A stretch of 64,000 bases of DNA from Candidatus Latescibacterota bacterium (lineage in GTDB: Bacteria > Latescibacterota > UBA2968 > UBA8231), in contig OZ244561.1 of NCBI GenBank assembly GCA_965217585.1, positions 6,080,001 through 6,144,000 on the forward strand, read 5' to 3'. The position numbers and the translations under genes were made by a program. Positions 27,963-36,851 of this stretch are shown in pieces (position 1 is the stretch's first letter; every line of letters starts with the position of its first letter). The notes beneath the pieces were generated by a model, which had not been told where the DNA came from, did no database searches, and was given only the letters and a program-made list of their open reading frames with translations.

Positions 27963-29267
27963 ATGAGAATGCGGATGCTCGGGCTGGCGGCGGCCCTGCT
28001 GCTGGCGGTACAAACGGTCGGTGCCGAAGACAAAAAGATTACCATCTGGTGGGCGCAATGGGATCCGGCCGCGGCGCTACAGGAGTTGGGCCACGAGTTC
28101 GCCCAAGAGACCGGGATTGCCGTCGAGGTGTACCAGATTCCCTGGCCCGCTTATCAGGATCAAGTCTTTCTCAATTTCGGCAACAAGCAGACCGACTTCG
28201 ACATCGTCGTGGGCGACAGCCAGTGGATCGGCCGCGGCGCGACCAAGGGGCTGTATCTGGAGTTGACCGATTGGCTGCCCGAGGCCGTTGATATGGGCGC
28301 GATCCATCCGCGCGCCGCGCGCTATTTGTGCGAATACCCGCCGGGCAGCAGCCGGTTTTTCGCCGCGCCCTGCCAGACGGATGCCATTGGCTTTGTCTAT
28401 CGCCGCGACTGGTTTACAGACCCCGCCGAGCAAGAGGCGTTTGCCGCTCGCTACGGCCGCCCACTCGCCGCGCCCGACACGTGGGAGGAGTTCCGCGACG
28501 TAGCCGAGTTTTTCCACCGCCCGGAGCAAAAGCGCTATGGCTGCTCATTGCTGACGGGCCGCGGCTACGACTCCATCGTCATGGGCTTTCAGCCCTTTCT
28601 CTGGGCTTGGGGCGGCGCTTGGGGCGACCCGCAGAGCCACAAGGTGCAGGGCCACCTCAACACCGAGGGGGCCGTGGCCGGGTTGGAGTTTTTCAAGTCC
28701 CTGTTGCAATTCACACCCGAAGGCGGCACGAATGCCGATTACTTCTTCAACCTAGAGGCTTTCTCCAACGGCTCTACGGCTATGGTCTTGGACTACTTTC
28801 CGTTCTATCCGGGGATCGTCGCCAGCATGGGCGACCAGGTCGGCTTCTTCAAGGTGCCGCGCCACGGCGACCAGCGCGTTATTTCGCTGGGCGGGCAGGG
28901 CTTTAGCATTTCGACCAAGACCACGCCGCAAAAGCAGGAATGGGCCAAGCAGTTTATTGCTTGGTTTTCCCAGACCTCTATTCAAGAGAAGTGGATAGCC
29001 TATCCCGGCTCGTTCACGGCCAATACTGAGTTGCTGGCGAGCGCGGAATTTGCCGCAGCCGCGCCGTACAACGCCGTGTTCGCCGCGTCGTTGGATCACT
29101 TGCAGGACTTTTGGAACGTGCCAGTGTACAATGAGCTGTTAGCCGCAGCCGTGCGCCACTTGGGCGCGGCCCTCGACGGGACGAGCGCGAGCGCAGATGC
29201 CCTCGACGCGCTGGCCGCTGAGCACGAGATGATCCTGATGGAAGCGGGCTTGCTAGAAATGGAATAG
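27963..29267 (+). CDS. Sugar ABC transporter substrate-binding protein (CUT1)
   Basis: Signal peptide MRMRMLGLAAALLLAVQTVGA; FAQETGIAV, YRRDWF, PDTWEEF, LGGQGF. Confidence 0.9.
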   Translation: MRMRMLGLAAALLLAVQTVGAEDKKITIWWAQWDPAAALQELGHEFAQETGIAVEVYQIPWPAYQDQVFLNFGNKQTDFDIVVGDSQWIGRGATKGLYLELTDWLPEAVDMGAIHPRAARYLCEYPPGSSRFFAAPCQTDAIGFVYRRDWFTDPAEQEAFAARYGRPLAAPDTWEEFRDVAEFFHRPEQKRYGCSLLTGRGYDSIVMGFQPFLWAWGGAWGDPQSHKVQGHLNTEGAVAGLEFFKSLLQFTPEGGTNADYFFNLEAFSNGSTAMVLDYFPFYPGIVASMGDQVGFFKVPRHGDQRVISLGGQGFSISTKTTPQKQEWAKQFIAWFSQTSIQEKWIAYPGSFTANTELLASAEFAAAAPYNAVFAASLDHLQDFWNVPVYNELLAAAVRHLGAALDGTSASADALDALAAEHEMILMEAGLLEME

Positions 29268-29275
29268 GGGGCGGC

Positions 29276-30172
29276 GTGAGGGGTAGAACGGGCCGGCACC
29301 GCGACTGGACGCAGTATGCGTTTGTGGGACCGGCCCTCATTTTGCTCATTGGCGTGAATGTCTTCCCACTGCTGTACAGCATCGCGCTCAGCTTCACCAA
29401 TATGGACTTGGTCGGCGGGGCATGGAAGTTCGTGGGGGGATTCAACTACGCCGTGGCGTTCAAGTTTGCCCAATACGGTGCCGCGCTGCGGACGACCGCG
29501 CTTTTTGTGTGCGCGGCCGTGGCTGCGGAACTGGTCTTGGGCTTTGCCTTGGCGCTGGCGCTCAAAGATCGCTTCAGTGGCCGGGCGTTTGCGCTGACCG
29601 CGCTGCTGGTGCCGATGATGTTGCCGCAGGCCGTGATTGCGCTCTTTTGGAAGCTGGTGCTCAACGGGCACTACGGCATCCTCAACCAATGCCTCGGCGC
29701 GCTGGGGCTGGGCCAACCTCAGTGGATTACTGATCCCGACCTCAAGCTGCTGTCGATTTTGCTGGTTGACGTGTGGATGTGGACGCCGTTTATGATGCTG
29801 ATCGCATTGGCGGCGCTCAACGCCATCCCCGGCTATTTGTACGAGGCCGCGGCCATTGACCGGGCCTCGCGGTGGAAGGTCTTCCGCCGGATTACCCTGC
29901 CTTTGTGCGCGCCGCTTTTGGGGCTGGCCGTGTTGCTGAGGGCCACGGACGCGCTCAAGCAGTTCGATTTGGTCATGGCCATCACCGGCCCCAACGACCC
30001 TGCGACGCAAACGGTGAGCGCGCTACTCTATCAGGTGGTGTTCCGCGACGGCAAGGTGGGGTTGGGCGCGGCGTATTCGTACGTGGTGCTGGTGCTGGTG
30101 CTCGCGCTGGCCAGTGTGTTTGTGCGCTACATGAGCGGGGTGCAGCGGCGCGAGGAGGCCGGGGTACAGTGA
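29276..30172 (+). CDS. Sugar ABC transporter permease (MalF/UgpA-like)
   Basis: FVGPALI, DVWMWTPF, LYEAAAIDRAS EAA loop. Confidence 0.92.
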   Translation: MRGRTGRHRDWTQYAFVGPALILLIGVNVFPLLYSIALSFTNMDLVGGAWKFVGGFNYAVAFKFAQYGAALRTTALFVCAAVAAELVLGFALALALKDRFSGRAFALTALLVPMMLPQAVIALFWKLVLNGHYGILNQCLGALGLGQPQWITDPDLKLLSILLVDVWMWTPFMMLIALAALNAIPGYLYEAAAIDRASRWKVFRRITLPLCAPLLGLAVLLRATDALKQFDLVMAITGPNDPATQTVSALLYQVVFRDGKVGLGAAYSYVVLVLVLALASVFVRYMSGVQRREEAGVQ

Positions 30173-31032
30173 AAGCGCTGCGCATCGTCTTTGTCGGGGG
30201 CTACTTCTGCGCGGCCATGCTGCCGCTGTTATGGCTCTTGCTGACCTCGCTTAAGACGCGGGACGACAGCATTGCCGTGCATCCGAAGTTCGCGCCCACT
30301 TGGGCCAGTGAGGTCGCGGCTGACGGGATCTACTTCCGCGCCAATCTCGACGGCTACCGCCAACTGGCCGCGGTGTACGCCGGCGGGGATCACGCCTTTT
30401 TCCACTACTTGGGCAACAGCTTGATCATTGGCCTGCTCAGCACCTTGTGCTCGGTGCTGATCGGCACCTGCGCGGCCTATGGCTTTAGCCGCTTTGCCAT
30501 CCCCGGGGGGCGCGACTGGCTGTTCTTCATCCTCTCGACGCGCTTTTTGCCTCCCCTCGCCGTGGTCGTGCCGGTGTTGATGATGTATCGCGAATTTGAT
30601 CTCCAGAACAGCCACATGGGCTTGGTGCTGCTGTACACGGCGTTTAACATGTCGCTGGCCGTGTGGCTGATGAAGGGCTTTATCGACGAAATACCCACGG
30701 CGTACGAAGAAGCCGCGCTGGTGGCTGGCTATACCCGCTTCCAAGCCTTCTGCTTGGTCGTCCTGCCGCGAGCCGTGCCCGGGATGGCGGTAACTGCGGT
30801 GTTCTGCCTGATCTCAGCGTGGAACGAGTACGGGTTTGCCATGACGCTCAACAACCAGAAGGCCGTTACGGTGCCGGTTTACTTCGCTGGTTTGCAGGGC
30901 AATGTCTCGGGCTTGCCGTGGGCACAGATCAGCGCGGGGATGCTGATTTTTGTCGCGCCGATCATCGTCTTCACCGTCTTGGTGCGCAAGCATCTGTTGC
31001 GCGGCGTCACCTTTGGGACGATCAAGCGATGA
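30169..31032 (+). CDS. Sugar ABC transporter permease (MalG/UgpE-like)
   Basis: GTG start overlapping the previous TGA; NSLII, YEEAALVAG, AWNEY, LLRGVTFGTIK. Confidence 0.92.
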   Translation: MKALRIVFVGGYFCAAMLPLLWLLLTSLKTRDDSIAVHPKFAPTWASEVAADGIYFRANLDGYRQLAAVYAGGDHAFFHYLGNSLIIGLLSTLCSVLIGTCAAYGFSRFAIPGGRDWLFFILSTRFLPPLAVVVPVLMMYREFDLQNSHMGLVLLYTAFNMSLAVWLMKGFIDEIPTAYEEAALVAGYTRFQAFCLVVLPRAVPGMAVTAVFCLISAWNEYGFAMTLNNQKAVTVPVYFAGLQGNVSGLPWAQISAGMLIFVAPIIVFTVLVRKHLLRGVTFGTIKR

Positions 31033-31193
31033 GCCGCTGGTTGGATCGCTGCGCCCTCGTGGGCATGGTCGCCGGCGTGGGGTTGATGCTGCAACCGTTC
31101 TGGGGGGTGGGGCTGAAGTATGGGTTTTTTGTCGCGATCGTCTGTACGCTGTTGCACGTTGTGACCTCGCGTCGGCAGATGGACGAGCCATGA
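31029..31193 (+). CDS. 54-aa two-TM membrane protein inside the ABC operon
   Basis: MSRWLDRCALVGMVAGVGLMLQPFWGVGLKYGFFVAIVCTLLHVVTSRRQMDEP; ATGA overlaps at both ends. Confidence 0.75.
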   Translation: MSRWLDRCALVGMVAGVGLMLQPFWGVGLKYGFFVAIVCTLLHVVTSRRQMDEP

Positions 31194-32230
31194 GCTTTCT
31201 CGAGTGCCGGGATTTGGTCAAGACGTATGCCGACGGCACCTGTGCGGTGCGGGGCATTGACTTGCGCTGCGACGCGGGCGAGTTCGCCGTGCTGTTGGGG
31301 CCTTCTGGGTGCGGTAAGACGACTACGCTGCGGATGGTCGCGGGCCTTGAAAAGCCTACGGCCGGGCAGATCCTGCTGGCCGGCGCAGATATCACTAGTC
31401 GCTCGCCCGCCGAGCGGGACGTGGGGTTCGCGTTTCAGTTTTACGCGCTCTATCCGCACCTGAAGGTCGAGGACAACATCGGCTTTCCGCTGGAGAGCAT
31501 GGGGTTGAGCCGTCTGGAGCGCCGGCAGCGGGTGGCCGACATCGTCGAGCGGTTGGGGCTAGGTGCGTTGGTCGGGCGCTATCCCCGGCAGCTAGCGGGC
31601 GGCGATCAGCAGCGGGTGGCCTTGGCGCGGGCCATGGTGCGGCGGCCGCAGATCTACCTGATGGACGAGCCGTTGGGCACGCTCGACGCGGATTTGCGGC
31701 TGGAGATGCGGGAGATGATCCGCGCCCAGCAGCTCGACGCGGGGATCGCCACCTTGTATGTGACCCACGACCAAGGAGAGGCCATGAGCTTGGCCGATCA
31801 AGTAGTGGTCATGGACGAGGGCCAGATTCGCCAGAGCGGGGCCGCGGCCTTGGTGTACGACCAGCCAGCCGATCTGTTTGTGGCGCACTTTATTGGCAGT
31901 CCCAGTATGAATTTCATCACCGGGGAAGTCCGCGAGGATTGTTTTTCCGCGCCCGGCTTGGTTTGGCCACTGACCGAGCGGGTGCGGCCGGGGCCAGCGA
32001 CGCTGGGAGTGCGCCCGGAGTTCGTGCGACCGGCTGCCACAGCGCGGCTGCGGGCCGAGGTGGTGCGTGACGAATACCAAGGCGCGTGCCGCTACATCCA
32101 CCTACAGGCCGAGTGCGGCCGGCTGGTCATGCGGGTAGCCGATCGGGAGCGAGTGGCCGTGGGAGCGTCTTTGGGTTTGGACTTTGCTCGGGTGCTGTTG
32201 TTCGATCCGGCAAGCGGCAAGCGGCTCTAA
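31190..32230 (+). CDS. Sugar ABC transporter ATP-binding protein (MalK-like) 1
   Basis: GPSGCGKTT, LAGGDQQRV, LMDEP, YVTHDQ, TOBE-like C-terminus. Confidence 0.93.
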   Translation: MSFLECRDLVKTYADGTCAVRGIDLRCDAGEFAVLLGPSGCGKTTTLRMVAGLEKPTAGQILLAGADITSRSPAERDVGFAFQFYALYPHLKVEDNIGFPLESMGLSRLERRQRVADIVERLGLGALVGRYPRQLAGGDQQRVALARAMVRRPQIYLMDEPLGTLDADLRLEMREMIRAQQLDAGIATLYVTHDQGEAMSLADQVVVMDEGQIRQSGAAALVYDQPADLFVAHFIGSPSMNFITGEVREDCFSAPGLVWPLTERVRPGPATLGVRPEFVRPAATARLRAEVVRDEYQGACRYIHLQAECGRLVMRVADRERVAVGASLGLDFARVLLFDPASGKRL

Positions 32231-32304
32231 GAAGCGGTCTGAAAACTCCCGGCGAGCCGCGTTGGGCACGGTCGAGAGGCTCTATAGGACGGTAAAAAAT
32301 AAAC

Positions 32305-32333
32305 TTGTCCGAATTTTATCCGCTAGGTATGTT
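32305..32333 (+). promoter_or_regulatory. Sigma70-like promoter of the inserted lipoprotein cassette
   Basis: TTGTCC-17 nt-TATGTT, followed by AAGGAGG RBS and ATG 32373. Confidence 0.5.
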
Positions 32334-32520
32334 TATGCAAACGTAATCATTGCTGTTTAAGGAGGCTCTCCCATGCTGCGCTTGCTTCTCATCTTCATCC
32401 CCTCTCTTCTAGTTGCCTGCTCCGGCGATAAGCCTGCGCCGATTGCGCCAGCGGGCAAGGCCATCTCAGCCGCCCCAAAGCCGGATCCGCCTACCAACCT
32501 GCGCTTTGACGATCCAACTA

Positions 32521-33676
32521 AGTAGGTGACAAAAAGTTCGTTTACACCAGGTTTATGACTTCAGCCAGAAATTATCAGCGTAGACGCCGGCTTTTTGCAA
32601 TCGCTCCTGCGGCCTCAGTTGCCAGATATACTGGCATGCCCTATCGGCGGACTCATCGATGGAGGCGGTGGGTTGGTTGGCCAACCCGCGTCCTTTCACC
32701 CAACGCCATAAATGATCCATCGCATTCAACTCCGGGGTGGCCCGCGGTAATAGACGAATTTCCATATTCAGGTCGGCCGCCAACCGCAAACTGCCTTCCG
32801 CTTTATGAGGCGAGCCCCGATCTTCAAAGAGGACGATCTGCCATCCGCGCCAGTGGGCGCGTATGAGACGCAGAAAAATCTGGTGGGTATCTTGCGTCCA
32901 TTCCTGCGAAATCAGCAGCGCGACCTCGCCACTTTTGATGTTAAGCGCGCCGTGCAGAATCCGTTTGGCGCGCTGGCCGGTGATCGGCACCTGCACCGGT
33001 TGGCCACGGTGCCCATAACAACTATACAACGGCGGCGTTTCGGTGAGAATGACTTCATCCAGCATGAGGATTACGGTGCGTTTCCGCGTCGCCAGCCCCT
33101 TTTTAACCCGCCTTTGGCTTGCCGCCAAGTCGGCGAGCGCAAGGACAAGGTATGCCGAGGCCGTTTCCATTTAATATCTAATCGAACCAGCGCTTGGCGG
33201 ATACTAGACACCGAAACGCAGAGGGTATGCTCTGCGTGTAGATACTGCGCCAATAACGACGCGGTCCATACCGTTGAATTGAGGCCGAAAAGACGAGGAT
33301 CGTGATCGATGACTTCGTCTAGCAGGGGCTCAATCACGCCTTTTACTTTACCCGGTCGTCCACTGCGGGGGGCGGCTTGAAGGCGCGTCGCCAGATTCGA
33401 GATCGACGATTGCTCAAACAGCCGGATCCATTTATAGATGGCTTGACGCGTAACACACAGGCGTTGAGCAACATGAGTTACCGAATCGCCCGCCGCCACC
33501 CAAAGCAGGGCTTGCGCTCGACGTAAGACCATCGCATCCGGGGTTTGGACGACCAAAGCCTCCAACAAGCGGCGCTCGCGGCGGGGAAGGGAAAACGGAG
33601 TCATAAGCGGCCTCCGGGCATACAACTAAGTTTAGAGGGCAAGGGAAAAGTGTCAACGGACTTTTTGTTAACTACT
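32521..33676 (-). mobile_element. IS630-family insertion sequence (1156 bp)
   Basis: 27-bp imperfect TIRs AGTAGGTGACAAAAAGTTCGTTTACAC / reverse complement AGTAGTTAACAAAAAGTCCGTTGACAC; TA duplication at 32519-20 and 33677-78. Confidence 0.95.
32553..33604 (-). CDS. IS630 transposase (OrfA HTH + OrfB catalytic domain, -1 frameshift)
   Basis: OrfA 33071..33604 (HTH, PRSGRP, WT); OrfB in the -1 frame with LMLDE, FEDRGSPH, PELNAMDHLW; A5G4 run in the overlap (minus strand 33104-33096). Confidence 0.88.
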
Positions 33677-34249
33677 TAGCTCATCCTGTCGTGTGCGCTG
33701 GGATGCTTCTGAAGGGGCAACAGACTATGACGTAGCCTACAAAGACTCTTCTAACGAGGCCGGCTATTGGTTAAAAGAGCCGCACAAAGGGACTAGGCTG
33801 CACAATATCATTACGGAGCTTTCTCCGAATACGACGTATCGCTGGATGGTACGGGCTGGCAACACTGCAGGTAGGTCTTTATGGCAAGAAGGGCCTACCT
33901 TTACTACGCTGCCGGACAGCACGGCAGGTCAAAGGGGCGATACAACCACGGATGACGCTCCAGACGACAACTCGGAATCGATCGCTGCGCTACCCGATAG
34001 TACGTCATCGTCTGATAGCTCATCGTCGTCCGACAGTTCCTCAGCTACGTCCAGCTTGGACTCTTCGCCGTCTGATGTGGTTTTTATCCCGGATGCTGCT
34101 CTGAGGACGGCCGTAGAGCAGGCGCTAGAGAAGAGTCCCGGTGAGACGATCACGCAAGCTGATATGAATACCCTAGAGTTTTTTAAGGGAACCCGTTTAG
34201 GAATCAAGAACCTTAGAGGGTTAGAAACAGCGGAAAATTTGACATTTTT

Positions 34250-34730
34250 GACACTTGATCTCAATGCAATTTCAGATCTTACTCCATTGCAAAATTTGAC
34301 AAATTTGGAGAGATTGCAAGCTGCAAATAATGCAATTTCCGATCTTACTCCATTGGCTAATTTAATCAACCTGCGAAGCTTATATATTGTTAATAATCAG
34401 ATTTCCGATCTTACCCCTTTGCAAAACCTGACTAGTTTGAAGAACCTGGAATTTACCAACAATTACGTTTCCGATCTTACTCCCATAAAAAACTTAGATC
34501 TATCTGGATTAATTTTTAACTTTAATTACGTTTCCGATCTTACTCCATTAAGCAATATAGATCGGTTAGTTGGTCTACGATTTAGCGGGAACGATGTTTC
34601 AGATCTCACTCCATTGACAAATTTATCCTATCTACGCCGGATTGATTTTGACTGGAATAACGTTTCAGATTTATCGCCTTTGCTAGCATTGCCTCGCTTG
34701 GAAAAACTAAATGCTTGGGGCAATCCTTTA
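34250..34730 (+). repeat. ~66-bp coding LRR tandem repeats
   Basis: Recurring TTTC(A/C)GATCTTACTCC units encoding N.ISDLTPL. Confidence 0.85.
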
Positions 34731-35586
34731 AGCGAAACCTCTATCAATGAACATATCTCAGCACTTCAAAGTCGTGACATCACTGTATCTTTTTCGTCTT
34801 TCGATCCATTTGCCGAAGGTCCTTTTAGTATCGAGTTAGTCTTTCTTGATGATTTCACCGAGAGGGAAAAGGAGATATGGCACCAGGTTGCGAAGCGTTG
34901 GGAAGCGGCGATACAGACTGAACTGCCAGATTACGAGTTCCCTAATGCATGGTCTACTGGCTCTTGGCCATGTGGCGAACACCCGATTGAAATATCTGCC
35001 GGCGAACAAATAGATGATCTGCGAATTTATATAGAGAAGTTCACTGATAAGGGTGATATAGCGGGCTATGGGAGCGCCCGTCTAAGACGTTCAAGCTCCT
35101 TTCCGATTATTGGTTGTATCGGAATAGACGAACGGCTTGATACTCGTCTAGATTATATGAGGGATGTAGGAATCCATGAAATGGCACATGTTTTAGGTTT
35201 TGGCTCTAGCTCTTGGCGCTATAACGAAAGGGTTCGCCGTTCAAATGGCGATACTTATTTCACCGGGCCAAAAGCTATTGCGGCTTTTAATCAGGCCGGT
35301 GGTACAGATTATCAAGGCGCAAAAGTCCCACTAGACCCAGGTGGGGGCCATTGGCACCATAGCGTTCTAGCCGGTGAAATTATGAATGCCTATACTAACC
35401 CCCGAGTACTTTCAGCCATAACGCTTCAAGCACTGAGCGATATGGGCTACTCCGTTGATCTTTCAGTGGCCAAGCCCTACGTGCTGCCCTCCTCAACAGC
35501 TGCGAAACCCATCGCCGACGAGGTGCCCTTCTGCTCACTTGAAGGGCTGCCCCCGCCGGTCTATGTGGACGATTGATCCAACAGAG

Positions 35587-35625
35587 GCGGGCGCGAAGGA
35601 TGCCGCCTACGCGCCCGCTCCTTTT
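35587..35625 (+). terminator. Intrinsic terminator after the lipoprotein gene
   Basis: GCGGGCGCG...CGCGCCCGC stem followed by TCCTTTT. Confidence 0.6.
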
Positions 35626-35806
35626 GCTACTTCTCTACCGGCGCGTTGACCGCACGACCAACGGCTAGGCGCAGGCGATAGCTTGCGCTTGGCCCAATTC
35701 TTTCCCAACATACGCTTTCGCATCGAAATCAAAGACCGTTCCGCCGCGCTAGTAAGGGATTGCTTTCGCACGGTCGATGTTTCCAACGAAGCGAACGCGT
35801 TCTAAG

Positions 35807-36838
35807 ATGTCTTGGTTACAGCTAAAAGGAGTGACGCGGCGCTTTGGCAAGGCCGAGGTCCTGTCTGGCATCGACCTGTCGCTGGGGGCCGACGAGATGC
35901 TGGTAGTGCTGGGGCCGACCGGCGCAGGCAAGACCACGCTGCTGCGGATCGTCGCCGGGTTGGACGCGCCCGACGCGGGCCGAGTCGAGATGGGCGGCGA
36001 GGAGGTGACGCATTGGCCGCCGGCCGACCGCGACATTGCGTTTGTCTTCCAGCACTTTGCTCTCTATCCCGACTGGAGCGTGCGGCGCAACTTGGAATTT
36101 CCGCTCAAGGCACCGCGCTGGCAGATGGCGAGCGGCGAGATTGACCAGCGCGTCGGCTGGGCGGCCGAGCTGCTGAAGATCGAGCGGTTGCTCGACCGGC
36201 CGGCGGCCCGCCTGTCGGGTGGGGAAATGCAGCGGGTGGCCATTGGGCAGGCGATTGTGCGGCGGCCGCGGCTGTTTCTCTTTGATGAGCCGCTGACCAA
36301 TTTGGACGCCAAGCTACGGGAGTCCCTTCGCCTAGAGCTGGCCCTGTTGCGGCAGGAGCTGGGCATCCCGGCAATCTACGTGACCCATGACCAAGCCGAG
36401 GCTCTGTCCATGGGCGATTCGATCGCCGTGCTGGCCGAGGGAAGGATTTTGCAGCAGGGCAGCCCAGAGGTCATTTATCGCCAGCCGGTCTCGCCCGTAG
36501 TGGCGCGCCAATTGGGTCAACCCGCGATCAACATCCTCAGCGTACAGCGGCGCGGGGATATGTGGATTGACCCGAACGGAGCCGAGCGGATGCCGGCACT
36601 GAGCGGCGGCGCGGGCGAGATGCTGCTCGGCGTCCGGCCGGAGGACATCGCGCCGGAGGGGGGGGCCGTGCCGGGTGTGGTGCGCGTCGTCGAGGACGCT
36701 GGGGCCGCGTGGATTTTATGGGTGGATTGGGCCGGGGCGTCCATTCACATCATCGCGTCTAAGGAACGGCGTTTTGCCCCGGGAGAGACCGTGTATCCGC
36801 GCATTGACGCGGCGCGGGCGCTGCTCTGGCCATGCTAA
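35807..36838 (+). CDS. Sugar ABC transporter ATP-binding protein (MalK-like) 2
   Basis: MSWLQLKGV, GPTGAGKTT, LSGGEMQRV, LFDEP, YVTHDQ. Confidence 0.93.
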   Translation: MSWLQLKGVTRRFGKAEVLSGIDLSLGADEMLVVLGPTGAGKTTLLRIVAGLDAPDAGRVEMGGEEVTHWPPADRDIAFVFQHFALYPDWSVRRNLEFPLKAPRWQMASGEIDQRVGWAAELLKIERLLDRPAARLSGGEMQRVAIGQAIVRRPRLFLFDEPLTNLDAKLRESLRLELALLRQELGIPAIYVTHDQAEALSMGDSIAVLAEGRILQQGSPEVIYRQPVSPVVARQLGQPAINILSVQRRGDMWIDPNGAERMPALSGGAGEMLLGVRPEDIAPEGGAVPGVVRVVEDAGAAWILWVDWAGASIHIIASKERRFAPGETVYPRIDAARALLWPC

Positions 36839-36851
36839 CAGGAGGATAGAC

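Larger units (their letters stand above)
32373..35576 (+). pseudogene. Lipoprotein FN3 + Ser/Asp linker + internalin-like LRR + leishmanolysin (M8)-like zinc metalloprotease, interrupted by IS630
   Basis: 5' part MLRLLLIFIPSLLVAC (lipobox)...PPTNLRFDDPT at 32373-32520. Removing the IS and one TA rejoins it in frame with SSSCRVRWDAS... (681 aa total). LRR N.ISDLTPL.NL; HEMAHVLGFG, GHW, GEIM. Confidence 0.9.

Noticed and set aside
34250-34730. ~66-bp periodic repeats resembling CRISPR spacing
   Set aside because: They encode 22-aa leucine-rich repeats within an ORF.
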